From Felis catus (taxonomy: Eukaryota), in NCBI RefSeq assembly GCF_018350175.1, contig NC_058369.1, positions 25,670,001 through 25,734,000 on the forward strand: a DNA stretch of 64,000 nt. The letters are read 5' to 3'. This document shows, one piece after another, positions 24,322 through 38,252 of this stretch (positions are counted from its first letter, which is position 1; every line of letters starts with the position of its first letter). Made by a program: the position numbers and the translations under genes. The notes under the pieces are model-generated. The model was given only the letters and a program-made list of their open reading frames with translations. It searched no databases and was not told where the DNA came from.

Positions 24322-27300
24322 GGGGAAAGATGGCGGCGTAGGAGGACGCTGGGCTCACTGTGTCCTGCTGATCACTTAGATTCCACCCACATCTGCCTAA
24401 ACAACCCAGAAAGCCACCAGAAGACTAGCAATGGACTCTCCAGAGCCAAGCATAGACAAGAGGCCCACGGAAGAGGGTAGGAAGGCCGGAGAGGCAGTGC
24501 AGGCTACACGGACTGGCAGGAGGGAGCCGGGGAAGTGGAGGGGCAGCCCGCCTGGCAAGGCAAAGGGCCTGAGTCTGGCTTACAAAAGTGGAGGGGCCGG
24601 ACTGTGTGAGTTCTGACAGTCAGCAGGACTTAACATCTGGAATGTTATAAGTCAACATCTCTGCTCGAAAAGTGGGAGGGTGAGAGAACAACTGGAGGGA
24701 GAGGTGTTGAGCCCCGGAAGACAGAGCTCAGCTTGGCGGGGAACAAAGGTGCTGGGAAGCGCCATCTCCCTTGCCCGTCCCCCAGCCGAAATCCCAAAGG
24801 GAACTAGTTCCCCTCACAGAACTTGCTTGCACCACACAAACATCCAATGCTGTGCTTCTGTGGATCCATCCCTCCTACGGTTCTGCCTGCCTCCTTCCCA
24901 GTGCTGCAGGGCCCTCCCCACAGGGGACCACCAATGGCAAACCGAGCTAAGCTTGCCCCTCCCACCCCTGTGCACCTTGCGGATCCACCCCGGCTAATAC
25001 GCCAGATCCCATCAAAGCAGCACCACACGCCTGCCAGTGTGGAAGTAGCCCAGACAAGGGCCACACCACTCCACAGTGAGTCCTGCCCTTGGGAAAGGGG
25101 AAGATAAGGTACACACCAGTCTGACTGTGGCCCCAGTGGTGGGCTGGGGACAGACATCGGGTCTGACTGTGGCCCCGCCCACCAACACAAGTTACTCCAG
25201 ACAGCACAGAGGTAGACCCCTACAGTTCCGCGCCACTCCAGGGCCTATCCAAAATGACAAAACAGAAGGATTCTCCTCAAAAGAAACTCCAGGAAGTAGG
25301 AACAGCTAACGAATTGATCAAAAACGATTTAAACAATATAACAGAACAAGAATTTAGAATAATAGTCATAAAATTAATCGCTGGGCTTGAAAAAAATATA
25401 GAGGACATCTAAGAATCTATTGCTACAGAGATCAAGGGACTAAAAAATAGTCATGAGGAACTAAAAAATGGTATAAATGAGGTGCAAAATAAAATGGAGG
25501 TGACCACAGCTAGGATTGAAGAGGCAGTGGAGAGAATAGGTGAATTAGAAGATAAAATTATGGAAAAAGAGGAAGCTGAGAAAAAGAGAGATAAAAAAAA
25601 TCCAGGAGTATGAGGGGAGAATTAGAGAAGTAAGTGATGCAATGTAATGAAACAATATCTGTATCATAGGAATTCCATAAGAGGAAGAGACAGAGAAAGG
25701 GGCTGAAGGTGTACTTGAAAAAAATCATAGCTGAGAACTTCCCTGATCTGGGGAAGGAAAAAGGCATTGAAATCCAAGAGGCACAGAGAACTCCCTTCAG
25801 ACATAACTTGAATCAATCTTCTGCACGACATATCATAGTGAAACTGGCAAAATACAAGGATAAAGAGAAAATTCTGAAAGCAGCTAGGGATAAACACACT
25901 CTAACATATAAAGGGAGATTGATAAGACTAGTGACAGACCTATCTACTGAAACTTGGCAGGCCAGAAAGTAATGGCACGAAATCTTCAATGTGATGAACA
26001 GAAAAAGTATGCAGCCGAGAATCCTTTATCCAGCAAGTCTGTCATTCAGAATAGAAGGAGAGATAAAGGTCTTCCCAAACAAACAAAAACTGAAGGAATT
26101 CATCACCACTAAACCAGCCCTACAAGAGCTCCTAAGGGAGATTCTGTGAGGAAAATGTTGCAAGAACCACAAAGTACCAGAGACACCACTACAAGCATGA
26201 AACCTACAGACATCACAATGACTCTAAACCCATATCTTTCAATAATACCACTGAATGTAAATGGACTAAATGCTCCAACCAAAAGACATAGGGTATCAGA
26301 ATGGATACAAAAACAAGACCCATCTATTTGCTGTCTACAAGAGACTCATTTTAGGCCTGAGGAAACATTCAGATTGAATGTGAGGGGATGGAGAACTATC
26401 TATCATGCTGCTGGAAGTCAAAAGAAAGCTGGAGTAGCCATACTTCTATCAGACAAACTAGACTTTAAAGGTTGTAACAAGAGATGAAGAAGGGCATTAT
26501 ATAATAATTACAGGGTCTATGCATCAGGAAAAGGTAACAATTATAAATGTCTATGCACCAAATACGGGAGTCCCCAAATACATTAAACAAGTAATCACAA
26601 ACATAAGCAACCTTATTGATAAGAATCTGGTAATTGCAGGGGACTTTAGTACTCCACTTAAAGCAATGGATAGATCATCTAGACACAGGATCAATAAAGA
26701 AACGAGGGCCCTGAATGGTACATTGGATCAGATGGACTTGACAGATACGTTTAGAACTCTGCATCCCAAAGCAACAGAATATACTTTCTTCTTGAGTGCA
26801 CATGGAACATTCTCCAAGATAGATCACATACTGGGTCACAAAACAGCCCTTTATAAGTATAAAAGAATTGAGATCATACCATGCATACTTTCAGACCACA
26901 ATGCTATGAAGCTTGAAATCAACCACAGGAAAAAGTCTGGAAAACCTCCAAAAGCATGGAGGTTAAAGAACACCCTACTAAAGAATGAATGGGTCAACCA
27001 GACAATTAGAGAAGATATTTAAAAAATATATGGAAGCAAATGAAAATGAAAATACAACAATCCAAATGCTTTGGGATGCAGTGAAGGCAGTCCTGAGAGG
27101 AAAATACATTGCAATCCAGGCCTATCTCAAGAAACAAGAAAAATCCCAAATACAAAATCTAACAGCACACCTAAAGGAAATAGAAGCAGAACAGCAAAGA
27201 CACCCCAAACCCAGCAAAAGAGAAATAATAAAAATCAGAGCAGAAATAAACAATATAGAATCTAAAAAACTGTAGAGTAGACCAATGAAACCAAGAGTTT

Positions 27301-30261
27301 GTTTATTGAAAAAGTAAACAAAATTGATAAACCTCTAGCCAGGCTTCCCAAAAAGAAAAGGAAGATGACCCAAATAGATAAAATCATGAATGAAAATGGA
27401 ATTATTACAACCAATCCCTCAGAAATACAAGTAATTATCAGGGAATACTATGAAAAATTATATGCCAACAAACTGGACAACTTGGAAGAAATGGACAAAC
27501 TCCTCAGCACCCACACACTTCCAAAACTCAAACCGCAAGAAAAGGAAAACTTGAACAGACCCATAACCAGCGATGAAATTGAATCAGTTATCAAAAATCT
27601 CCCAACAAATAGGAGTCCAGGACCAGATGACTTCCCTGGAGAATTCTACCAGACATTTAAAGCAAAGATAATACCTATCCTTCTCAAACTATTACAAAAA
27701 ATAGAAAGGGAAGGAAAACTTCCAGACTCATTCTATGAAGCCAGCATTACTTTGATTCCTAAATCAGAGACCCAGCAAAAAAAAAAAAAAAAAAAGAGAG
27801 AACTACAGGCCAATATTCCTGATGAATATGGATGCAAAAACTCTCAATAAGATACTAGCAAATCAAATTCAACAGCATATAAAAAGAATTATACACCATG
27901 ATCAAGTGGGATTCATTCCTGGGCTGCAGGGCTGGTTCAACTTTCACAAATCAATCAATGTGATACCTCACATTAATAAAAGAAAAGAGCCGTATGATCC
28001 TGGCAATCGATGCAGAAAAAGCATTTGACAATATTCAGCATCCTTTCTTAATAAAAACCCTCGAGAAAGTCGGGATAGAAGGAATATACTTAAACATCAT
28101 AAAAGCCATTTATGAAAAGCCCACACCTAATAGCATCCTCAATGGGGAAAAACTGAGAGCTTTCCCCCTGAGATAAGGAACACGACAGGGATGTCCACTC
28201 TCACCGCTGTTGTTTAACATAGTGTTGGAAGTGCTAGCATCAGCAATCAGACAACAAAAGGAAATCAAAGGCATCAAAATTGGCAAAGATGAAGTCAAGC
28301 TTTCACTTTTTGCAGATGACATGATACTATACATGGAAACCCCGATAGACTCCACCAAAAGTCTGCTAGAACGGATACATTAATTCAGCAAAGTCGCAGG
28401 ATACAAAATCAATGTACAGAAATCAGTTGCATTCTTATACACTAATAATGAAGCAACAGAAAGACAAATAAAGAAACTGATCCCATTCACACTTGCACCA
28501 AGAATCATAAAATACCTAGGAATAAACCTAACCAAAGATGTAAAAGATCTGTATGGTGAAAACTATAGAAAGCTTATAAAGGAAATTGAAGAAGATATAA
28601 AGAAATGGAAAAACATTCCGTGCTCATGGATTGGAAGAATAAATATTGTCAAAATGCCAAACTACCCAAAGCAGTCTACACATTCAATGCAATCCCAATC
28701 AAAATTGCACCAGCATTCTTCTCGAAGCTAGAACAAGCAATCCTAAAATTCATATGGAACCACAAAAGGCCCCGAATAGCCAAAGGAATTTTGAAGAAGA
28801 AGACCAAAGCAGGAGGCATCACAATCCCAGACTTTAGCCTCTACTACAAAGCTGTCATCATCAAGACAGCATGGTATTGGCACAAAAACAGACACATAGA
28901 CCAATGGAATAGAATAGAAACCCCAGAACTAGACCCACAAACGTATGGCCAACTCATTTTTGACAAAGCAGGAAAGAACATCCAATGGAAAAAAGACAGT
29001 CTCTTTAACAAATGGTGCTGGGAGAACTGGACAGCAACATGCAGAAGGATGAAACTAGACCACTTTCTTACACCATTCACAAAAATAAACTCAAAATGGA
29101 TAAAGGACCTGAATGTGTGACGGGAAACCATCAAAACCCTAGAGGAGAAAGCAGGAAAAGACCTCTCTGACCTCAGCCGCAGCAACTTCTTACTTGACAC
29201 ATCTCCAAAGGCAAGGGAATTAAAAGCAAACATGAACTATTGGGACCTCATGAAGATAAAAAGCTTCTGCACTGCAAAGGAAACAATCAACAAAACTAAA
29301 AGGCAACCAACAGAATGAGAAAAGATATTTGTAAATAACATATCGGACACAGGGCTAGTATCCAAAATCTATAAAGAGATCACCAAACTCCACACCCAAA
29401 AAACAAATAATCCAGTGAAGAAATGGGCAGAAAACATGAATAGACACTTCTCTAAAGAAGATATCCAGATGGTCAACAGGCACATGAAAAGATGCTCAAC
29501 GTCGCTCCTCATCAGGGAAATATAAATCAAAACCACACTCAGATATCACCTCACACCAGTCAGAGTGGCCCAAATGAACAAATCAGGAGACTATAGATGC
29601 TCTTGAGGATGTGGAGAAATGGGAACCCTCTTGCACTGTTGGTGGGAATGCAAACTGGTGCAGCCGCTCTGGAAAACAGTGTGGAGGTTCCTCAAAAAAT
29701 TAAAAATAGACCTACCCTATGACCCAGCAATAGCACTGCTAGGAATTTACGCAAGGGATACAGGAGTACTGATGCATAGGGGCACTTGTACCCCAATGTT
29801 TATAGCAGCACTCTCGACAATAGCCAAATTGTAGAAAAAGCCTAAATGTCCATCACTGATGAACGGATAAAGAAATTGTGGTTTATATACACAATGGAGT
29901 ACTACGTGGCAATGAGAAAGAATGAAATATGGCCCTTTGTAGCAATGTGGATGGAACTGGAGTGTTATGCTAAGTGAAATAAGTCATACAGAGAAAGACA
30001 GATACCATGTTTTCACTCTTATGTGGATCCTGCGAAACTTAACAGAAGACCATAGGGGAGGGGAAGGAAAAAAAAAAAGAGGTTAGAGAGGGAGGGAGCC
30101 AAACCAAAAGAGACTCTTAAAAACTGACAATAAACTGAGGGTTGATGGGGGGTGGGAAGGAGGGGAGGGTGGGTGATGGGTATTGAGGAGGGCACCTGTT
30201 GGGATGAGCACTGGGTGTTGTATGGAAACCAATTTGATAATAGATTTCATATTTAAAAAAA
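24322..30261 (+). mobile_element. Full-length, inactivated carnivore/felid LINE-1 (5'UTR, ORF1 ~25254-26149, ORF2 ~26218-30042, 3'UTR, polyA)
   Basis: Starts ggggaaagatggcggcg with a GC-rich 5'UTR. ORF fragments carry EN (NVNGLN, CCLQETH, SDHN), RT ([21 protein letters not shown]) and C-terminal motifs, with many stops and frameshifts. Exact TSD aaaagtcaatgtt at 24309-24321 and 30262-30274. Confidence 0.97.
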
Positions 30262-32018
30262 AAAAGTCAATGTTAACATGCCATTCACATTCATATACTC
30301 AAAAAGCAAAACCATATAAAGCAACTTGATAGGTTCAGAAAAAGCATTTAACAAAATCCAAAGCCCATTCCTGATTTTTAAAAAATCTCAGCAAACTAGG
30401 AATAGAAGAGGCCTTCATTGGAGCACACGGGTGGCTCAGTCAGTTAAGCGTCCAACTTCGACTCAGGTCATGATTTCACAGTTCATGGGTTCAAGCCCCA
30501 CTTTGGGCTTTGTGCTGACAGCTCAGAGCCTGCAGCCTGCTTCAGATTCTGTGTCTCCCTCTCATTCTCTGCCGCTCCCCACTTGCTGTCTCTCTCACTC
30601 AAAAATGAATAAACATTAAAAAAAATTAAAAATTATTTTAAAAAAAGAGGCCTTCATCAACTTGATAAAGGACGTCTACAAAAAAAAAAAAAAAAAACCC
30701 ACAGCTAATATCATACTTAATTATTAAAGGCTGAATGCTATCCTTTTAGATCAGGAACAAAACAGTGATGTCCTTTCTCACCAGCACTATTCAACATTGT
30801 ACTGGAGGTTCTAGCCAGTGCAATCAGGCAAGAAAAATAAAATTCATCTACTGGAAAGAAGTAAAATAGTCAATATTCATAGGTGTAATAATCTTCTAAA
30901 AATATGATGGAATCTATAAAAAGAAAGCTACTAGAACTAGTAAATGAATTTATCAAGGTTATGGGATACAATATCACTATACAAAAATCAACTATATAGG
31001 AGTATTTTGAACTAAGCTTTTGAATGAAAAACTGAAAATTGAATTTTAAAACTGGTATCATTACATCAAAAATAAGACCAGCTTAGTGAATAATGTGACA
31101 GATGTAAAACATTTGTACCCTGAAAACCACAAAATATTGCTGAAATTAAAGAAGACATAAGTAATGGACAGATATATTTTGTTCATGGATCAGGGGGCAA
31201 AATTATTAAGGTATCACTTCTCTACCAATATATCTATAGATTTAATACAACTGCAATCAAAATCCCATGAAGATTTTGTGTAGAAATTCACAAACTTTTG
31301 CTTCTTAAAAAGATGTTGCTACGAAAATGAAAAGACCCGTCACAAAGTAGGGGGATGGGAGGGGAGATGTTTGCAAACCATATATCTGAAAAAGAACTTG
31401 TATCAAGAATACAGAGATAACTCTCAAAACTCAACCATTAGAAATTAAACAACTCATTTTAAAAAGAGCAAAAGAATTTAGCAGAAACTTTACCAGAAAA
31501 AAAAAAAGTATGTAGATGAATAAAAAGAACAAAGATAGATGTTCAATGTCATAGATCATCAGGGAAATGCAAATTAAAATCCCAATGAGATAAGGATATA
31601 AACCAATTAGAATGGCTAAAATTAAAAAGGCTGCCATACTAAGTGCTGGGTAGGACGTGCAGAGAATGGAAATCATACACAGCTGGTGGAAACAAATTGG
31701 TACAACCACTTCAGAAAAGTTTGGCAGTTTCTTAAAAAGGTAACCATTCACCTCATCATTCAAGTCCTAGGTGTTTACCCAAGAAGAAAGGATATATATG
31801 TCTATACAAAATGCTTATATATGAATGTTTATAGCAGCTTTATGTGTAATAGTCAAAAACTAGAAATGACCCAAATGTCCATCAACAGTTGAGTAGATAA
31901 GACTTTTTTGTTAGAGCCATATAATAGAATACTACTCAGCAATAAAAGGAATGAACTATCAATACATGTAACATGAACAAATCTCAAAACAACTATGCTG
32001 AGTAAAAGAAGTTAGATC

Positions 32019-32635
32019 CCTCTCTGCACAAGGAGCAGGTCTCCTGCCACAGCCCCTTACTCTCTGAAAATGTACATGCATACCAAATTTGTCTTGACCC
32101 CTTCACTAGTCAGGAGCACGTCTCAGCTGGTAAGTTGACCACTTTTTGCAGCAGTGCTAAAACAACCAGAGAAACTGCCAATGAGACCCTCAGGAACTGG
32201 GCAGCCTCACTTATCCCTAGTCATAAATTCTAAATGAGTGCCATTTCAAGGGACATTGACACAGCAGCTAAATTCAGTGGGGTTGCGGCTGCCACAGCCA
32301 GATGGCTGGCTCTGGGGCTGGGATTTGGACTGTGTTTGGGAGCCTTATCACTGGTTATGTCAGGAACTTTGAAGCAACAGCTCTTCTCGTATGTCATTCT
32401 GGGCTTTGCCCTCTCAGAGGCCATGGGGCTCTTTTGCCTGATGGTAGCCTTTTTCATCCTCTTCACCATGTTAAGGAGTCCCCTCCACCACCCAGTTCTT
32501 TCTCCCATGTCTCATCTGATCTGTATATTCCTTTTCCTGTATATCACCAGGCAGGCTGGGGAAAGTGGTTGGCTCAGGGTTTGACAGAGGGAAGACAAAT
32601 ACCGTATTAATAACATGTTAAGAAAAAAAAAGATC
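32019..32635 (+). pseudogene. ATP5MC2: Processed pseudogene of ATP synthase subunit c, ATP5MC2 (ATP5G2)-like
   Basis: Intronless. ATG at 32070 gives MYMHTKFVLTPSLVRSTSQLVS* (ATP5MC2-type presequence; TGA at 32136). Then [13 protein letters not shown] and [31 protein letters not shown] with frameshifts. Native stop changed to TTA (32471). Retains 3'UTR and A-tail. Confidence 0.92.
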
Positions 32636-33944
32636 AAAAAAAGAAGTACATACTATATAATTCCATTTATATCAAACTCTAGAAATACAAACCAACATAT
32701 AGTGACAGAACACACATCAGTGGTTTGGGGAGAGGGGCAGGAAGGAGTGCGAAGGAACATGAGGGAATTTTGGGAGGTGATGGGTGTGTTCCTATCTCAA
32801 CTGTGGTGATGGTTTTATGGGTGTATTCAAATGTCAAAACTTATCAAATTGTACACTTTAAATTTTAGTCTTCAGTTTATTATATGTCAATTATACTTCA
32901 ATAAAGCTGTTTTTTTAAAAACACAAATTGCTGGGTTCCATCACCAGAGCCTCTGGCTATAAAAATATTTACCCATTTCATTAGATCAAAATCAATCATT
33001 TCAATAGTTTCCTACTGAAGTCTAAAAATCTATTCACTTAATGGCAAGTGTGACAACTCTGGAATGTAAAGTTAACTATTTTTCTAAAGTACCTCAATCA
33101 TTCTACAAGTAATTTATGCTACAATGTATTCATACTGGTTAGTATGGGGAAACATGAGGAACAGGAAAAAAATGAAGGATCTATGAAGGTTAGCTTTCTA
33201 CTGGCTAAACAGAAATGATATTATGATGACACAGAGAATGGGGAGGCAAAAACAAACCAACCAACCCAAAAGACAAAAAACAAAACCAGAAGAAACCAAG
33301 CCGAGTGGTGACACCAGTAAAATGGAATGAGAGCTCTGATTATTAGAAAACAATAATCTTAATTTGATTAGGCACAGCACAGCATTCAAGTAATGGGTAA
33401 CAGAGAAAGCCTGGTGTTCAAAAGTGGAAGTAAACCTGCAGAACAGGATATGGCTGAATTCTCCTGCCATGCTTTAACTATTTCAAACAAACTGGGAAGT
33501 GTAATTGAAAAAAAATTTAGGAGCTCTATTTTCTTAACAAGTACTAACTTCTATTGGCACAATAATAAATACCACAATTCAGCCAAGTTGTACATGGCAT
33601 ATAAATATTATATCTTGGATACATGGAAAGATATTAAATTCTTAATGATAATTTAGTTACTAATACGAGTTAACATGTTTTGTTATAGATATTTATCCAT
33701 AGTTAGAGACTTTTTTTGTCTTCCTAAAAACTGTTTTTAGAAGACTAATATTGGGAAGTTAGTAACTGAGTTTTTCCCCAAGTTCTGTTAAAAGGAGAAA
33801 GTTAGTAAAATTCAGTTGTATACAAACAAATGAATTAAGTTATGAGCAAATGAAAACAAAAGGACAGATTTTAATGGAATTTCTTTTAAATGAACTGAAA
33901 TATTTCATAGTGTACGTTCAAGATATTACCTAGTAACTTCAAAA

Positions 33945-36497
33945 AAGAATAACATCCAATATATTTTATTAATAAATTAAAATCCAAAGAATAGTATCAT
34001 ATACTTTAAAAAAGGAGATGAAGAAATAAGTAATTTGAGATTAAAAAAGAAAAGGTTAAAAAAAAGGTACTAAATAAGGGAGAATCTAACAATAACTATG
34101 TAGATTACTAAGCTAAAATTTTTTCATCAGAACATTTCATGAAATCAATACACTACCACGAAGGATATGAAATCACTTAATTATCTGTTATTACACTGGA
34201 CTGTCCACTTGCTCATAGTAAACAGAAGAAGGTTTTCATTTGAATTTTTAAAAATAAGTTAGGAAGTAAAAGACATCTCATAATGCACAAGTTTCATTTA
34301 TTATGTGTTTTCTCAAGCATTCCAACCTTACTCAGAAATAACACAAGATATCCAAGTGCTTTAAAATCCAAGGCCTTTAATTCACTTTTCAGTAATGGCC
34401 ATAAATGCCTTCATAAAACCTCTTTTCCACTGAAAACAGAAGGCACTAGGCATTACATAACACCCTGAAAGCAGTGATTCCTTCTGATGCTGGTGGAGAT
34501 AAACATTAAACGGTAGGTTTTAGATCTTAACAATGTCTCCTCAAAAAAAAAAAAAAAAAAAAGGCAACACTGAAAATCACACAAAGAATTGTTACTAGTC
34601 AGTCTTTCTCAGGTTCCCAATCCAATTTTAAGTTATTTCTACAAATACATAATTTGAAATTAATAGATAAACCAGGTAAGTATGATAATGGTTTTCAACA
34701 TGTGTTAGGTTTTAGTTAAATATGAAGATACTGTTATTGTGCTACTTGGCATCCTTTGTTACTCACTAGCTGTGCAAAATAAACTTGAAATGATACATCC
34801 TGTAGTGGTATAATTTAAAAGATCCTTGATATGACACTAAGGACTTCCAAATTCTGGTCACAAACTGTATATAAATTGTAAGATTATTAAAATACCCCTT
34901 TTTGAAAAATAATAAGATGACCATTTATACCTAAATAAGGTTTCCCAGAAAGATATGAAATACTTTAGCATATAAAAGTAGTTGCCCCTTTTCCATAAAG
35001 ACAATGTTGTTTCACAAAATAACTCATATGGATCCAAGGCAAATGATTTCTTTCAAATGCCATATTCTCTCTATGACTTTGAGGTATGCTTCAAGAGACT
35101 GTATCCATGAGAAAAGGGCACATTTGGGTATAAGACCACAGTTACAAACACAAGGAGGCTTTCTGGGTCAGAAGTGCCCTTAAGAGTTGCATTAACAGAA
35201 AACAAGAGATAGCTTCTGAAGTCATTTCTATTACAAACACATAACAACTAAATTTGGTTACTTAGAGGGTAATTCAAGACACAGCTATTTACATATGTGC
35301 TATGTCATGTGTGGCTATTTTAAATAGTGGCTTCTGGAGGACACTCCTACTCAAACACAAACCAAACAACTGTACTCTACCAAACCACAATCTTCTATTT
35401 TTGGCAAGGCAGCACAGTTTAAACAAAACAAAACAAAAACAAACAAAACAACAACAACAACAACAAACTAGCTCTAACAGTGAGTTAGGCAAAATTCCCC
35501 ATGTCTAACAACAGTAGGGAAAGTGTTCAGAGAAATATGAATTTGGGGGGAAAAAAGTTCCATACTAAACAAATAATGCTGAAAATTAATCTTACGATCA
35601 CCCAAATGACTATAACATAAAAGGTTTATGAATGCCTTTGAAATAAGAATAGTTCAGTTTTAAAAATAGCTGATTATGAGTTTTACAATTAGAGTATCTC
35701 TGAAAAACATACAAGCTAATTAACTTAAACAGGTCCAACCAGTAAATGATAAGAGGAAATAAACCCTTCCATAATTAATGCCAGATGCTTTCTTGCCTTT
35801 GGAGAAAGTGGTAAGATTAAATCTGAAATGGTATAGAATATACTGAAATGAAACTTACATGACCACTGAAAAAAATCACCCACCAGGGCACTAACAATAA
35901 ACATGACGGGAGGCAAGAAATGTATTTTTAAGCAATGATTACTCAGAAGAATGCCTTATAAAATTATGTATAATAATCAAGAAAAAGCTTCAAGAGTAGC
36001 AGCTGGGCTTTGTGAAACATGGACAACAGAAGGCACTACAAAAGCATTAATCACTTCTAACTACAGTTGGACAGTTCAGTATTTTCCTTCTTCTTAAGAA
36101 GAGAGCCAGTGTGAATGTTATTTTTATATATCCCCCTGAGTTTTAACATGATTGGGCAAAGCAGCACCAATTTAAAAAAATATCTGCAATGCCAGCACTG
36201 CAGTTTGGAATCACTTATACTGATGGCCCCACAGGTCTCTCATAAGAGCACTTTAGAACATGATTAAAAATATAGAAATGCCTCTCGGTGTTTCAATATT
36301 AAAGTGGAACCACCACAGATGTCCATTTTTAAAAATAATGCACTAAAAAGGTCTGTTTAGTCAGTATAGTCTTTCCACCCTGTAGCTAGCATTCACGGCT
36401 ATTTTCCACGCTGAGACATCTCCTTTGCGCGTCGGGTTGAAATGTCAGTATGCTTCATGGTGCACAATCCTTTTCGGCTGGAAAATCCTGGCAAATA
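33945..36497 (-). other. DENND6A: DENND6A 3'UTR (about 2.5 kb; end inferred)
   Basis: AT-rich, transposon-free stretch after the stop codon, ending near a minus-strand AATAAA. Confidence 0.6.
33965..33970 (-). terminator. Candidate DENND6A polyadenylation signal AATAAA
   Basis: tttatt on the + strand, followed on the minus strand by U-rich sequence. The cleavage site itself is not observable. Confidence 0.5.
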
Positions 36498-36629
36498 TCA
36501 TGTCATGCCCGTTTTGAGCAGTATGCCTTGTAGGTCCTCTGGCAACGCTAAGATAATTGCATCTATGTGTGTCCGTAACTTTTCCATAGTGTCAGGTTTC
36601 ACAGGTAAATGTTCTCGATCAGCCTGCAA
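36498..36629 (-). CDS. DENND6A: DENND6A terminal coding exon ([43 protein letters not shown])
   Basis: Acceptor atgtag; 43 codons then TGA at 36500-36498; matches the recalled DENND6A C-terminus. Confidence 0.95.
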
Positions 36630-36902
36630 CTACATAAGGAACATTTGGAAGCATTTAAATTATCCTCTGAGTCTGTACTAGGACATTATATTCTCTAAAT
36701 GAACAGTTTTATGATCTAATGATTGGAAGATTCAAACTTATACCAGAATTTATAGAAACTGTAAAAAAGCAAAGAATATGCCATTTAAACAATATATTGC
36801 TGGCTCAATAAAAGACTTCTATGTAAATTAATAGATAATACCTATAAGTACAATGTGGTATTAAGTATAAATGACAATTTTTTTTCTTAAGTTTACTTAT
36901 TT

Positions 36903-36947
<45 letters not shown>

Positions 36948-37304
36948 CCCGAGCAGGCTCCAGGCTGTCAGCACAGAATCCGATGTGGGGCTTGATCTCA
37001 GAAATTGTGAGATCATGACCTGAGCGGAAATCAAGAGTTGGATGGATGCTTAACCAACTGAGCCACCCAGGCGTCCTGACAATGTTTTTTGTAGAGCTCA
37101 GTAGACCCCTCATAAATATTTTTTAAAATAATATGGCACCATTATGATCTGTTTGAGTGACCAAGTATTTTCACTCAGATCTACCATCAATTGACCAATC
37201 TTAAGTCCTCTCATTTAAAAAGCTACTTCGGCAACGTATCATGAACTATCACCTCAGCTGTGAGAAAAATATCGTCATGGATCTTTGCTGTTTTGGCTAC
37301 GTAC

Positions 37305-37379
37305 CAGCTTGTTTTTTAGCTTCAATACAAGGTCAACTGTTTCTACCTCTGTGTGTTTCTGGGTCCAGAGAAGTAAGTC
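37305..37379 (-). CDS. DENND6A: DENND6A penultimate exon ([25 protein letters not shown])
   Basis: 75 nt, tag/gtacgt. Confidence 0.94.
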
Positions 37380-38054
37380 CTAGAAGAATAAACAAATCCC
37401 AAATCAGCAAATAACCAAATGACTTCTCAAACTGCTCTATTTTAACAGGCAAGGCTACTGACAAGGAAGGATAGGAAGGAAAAGGAGAACAGAGTATATA
37501 AATCAGATACAGCATTACAGTACAAGAATAATTCTGTAGATAATATTCTAACAACATTAATTAGATCATTTTTGGCATTAGCTAGAACAACTGTCTAATA
37601 CTTGGAAATAAAACAAAATGTAAAACTCGTGTCTGAGATAGCCCTTTTAGATCAATAAAGAAAAAACTGCAATTCAAAGTATAATACTAACGCCCATCCC
37701 TACTAAGTAGTGCGTATTTCAATTTATAAGGAACAAATTAAGATACTTGTAAACATGAATATATTACTGGATATAAGCTTTATATCTACAAATAAGTTCC
37801 TCCTGGGCTTCTCTGTAGTTGTCTTCATTGTATTCCTTCTCTCAACCACAGTCACTGGGAGTTCACTCCAAGACTAGCCCACCTCAAGCTAAATAAAAAT
37901 TAAGCTATCCTTTATATTTTCACAAGTAGCTTAATTTAAAATAGTCTGGTAACAAATTATAGATTATAAACAGTCAAAATACAGGAAAAAATTGTTAATC
38001 ATAAAAATAAAAAATTGTTAATAAAGGTGCTCAGATCTGAATCTTGATTCTATC

Positions 38055-38252
38055 CAGTGGCATGCTGGTAAATATTTAACCACCAGTGCTCCAGGAAAAG
38101 TCTCTGGTTTGTAGCATTTGCCAGTGTGGTGTAATACTCCCACTACAGCCAGTTTCAATCTACCAACCTGAGATCACCGAATGCAAAGCTGGGAAGAGAT
38201 GTACACAGTCAGCTCCTGTGGGTCAGTGCAAGTGGACTCTAGCTCACTGCTG
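38055..38252 (-). mobile_element. MER63-like hAT DNA transposon, followed by a MIR remnant (~38253-38430)
   Basis: ccagtggcatgctggtaaatatttaac...tttgtagcatttgcc...ctgggaagagatgtacacagtcagctc. Confidence 0.7.

Larger units (their letters stand above)
21150..32920 (+). mobile_element. Old, degenerate near-full-length L1 (L1M-type) hosting nested insertions
   Basis: ORF1-like remnants at ~22300-23580 and ORF2 remnants at 23605-24321, resuming at 30275 (e.g. EKAFNKIQSPFLI). 3' end with AATAAA at ~32900. Confidence 0.8.

Noticed and set aside
25254..30042. L1 ORF1/ORF2 as an active retrotransposon
   Set aside because: Premature stops (e.g. ORF1 TAA near 25410) and multiple frameshifts fragment both ORFs.
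37770..37890. Purine-rich exon-like segment after a tttttatttag acceptor in a DENND6A intron
   Set aside because: No convincing donor; contains an early TAG/TGA; the flanking exons already join in phase.
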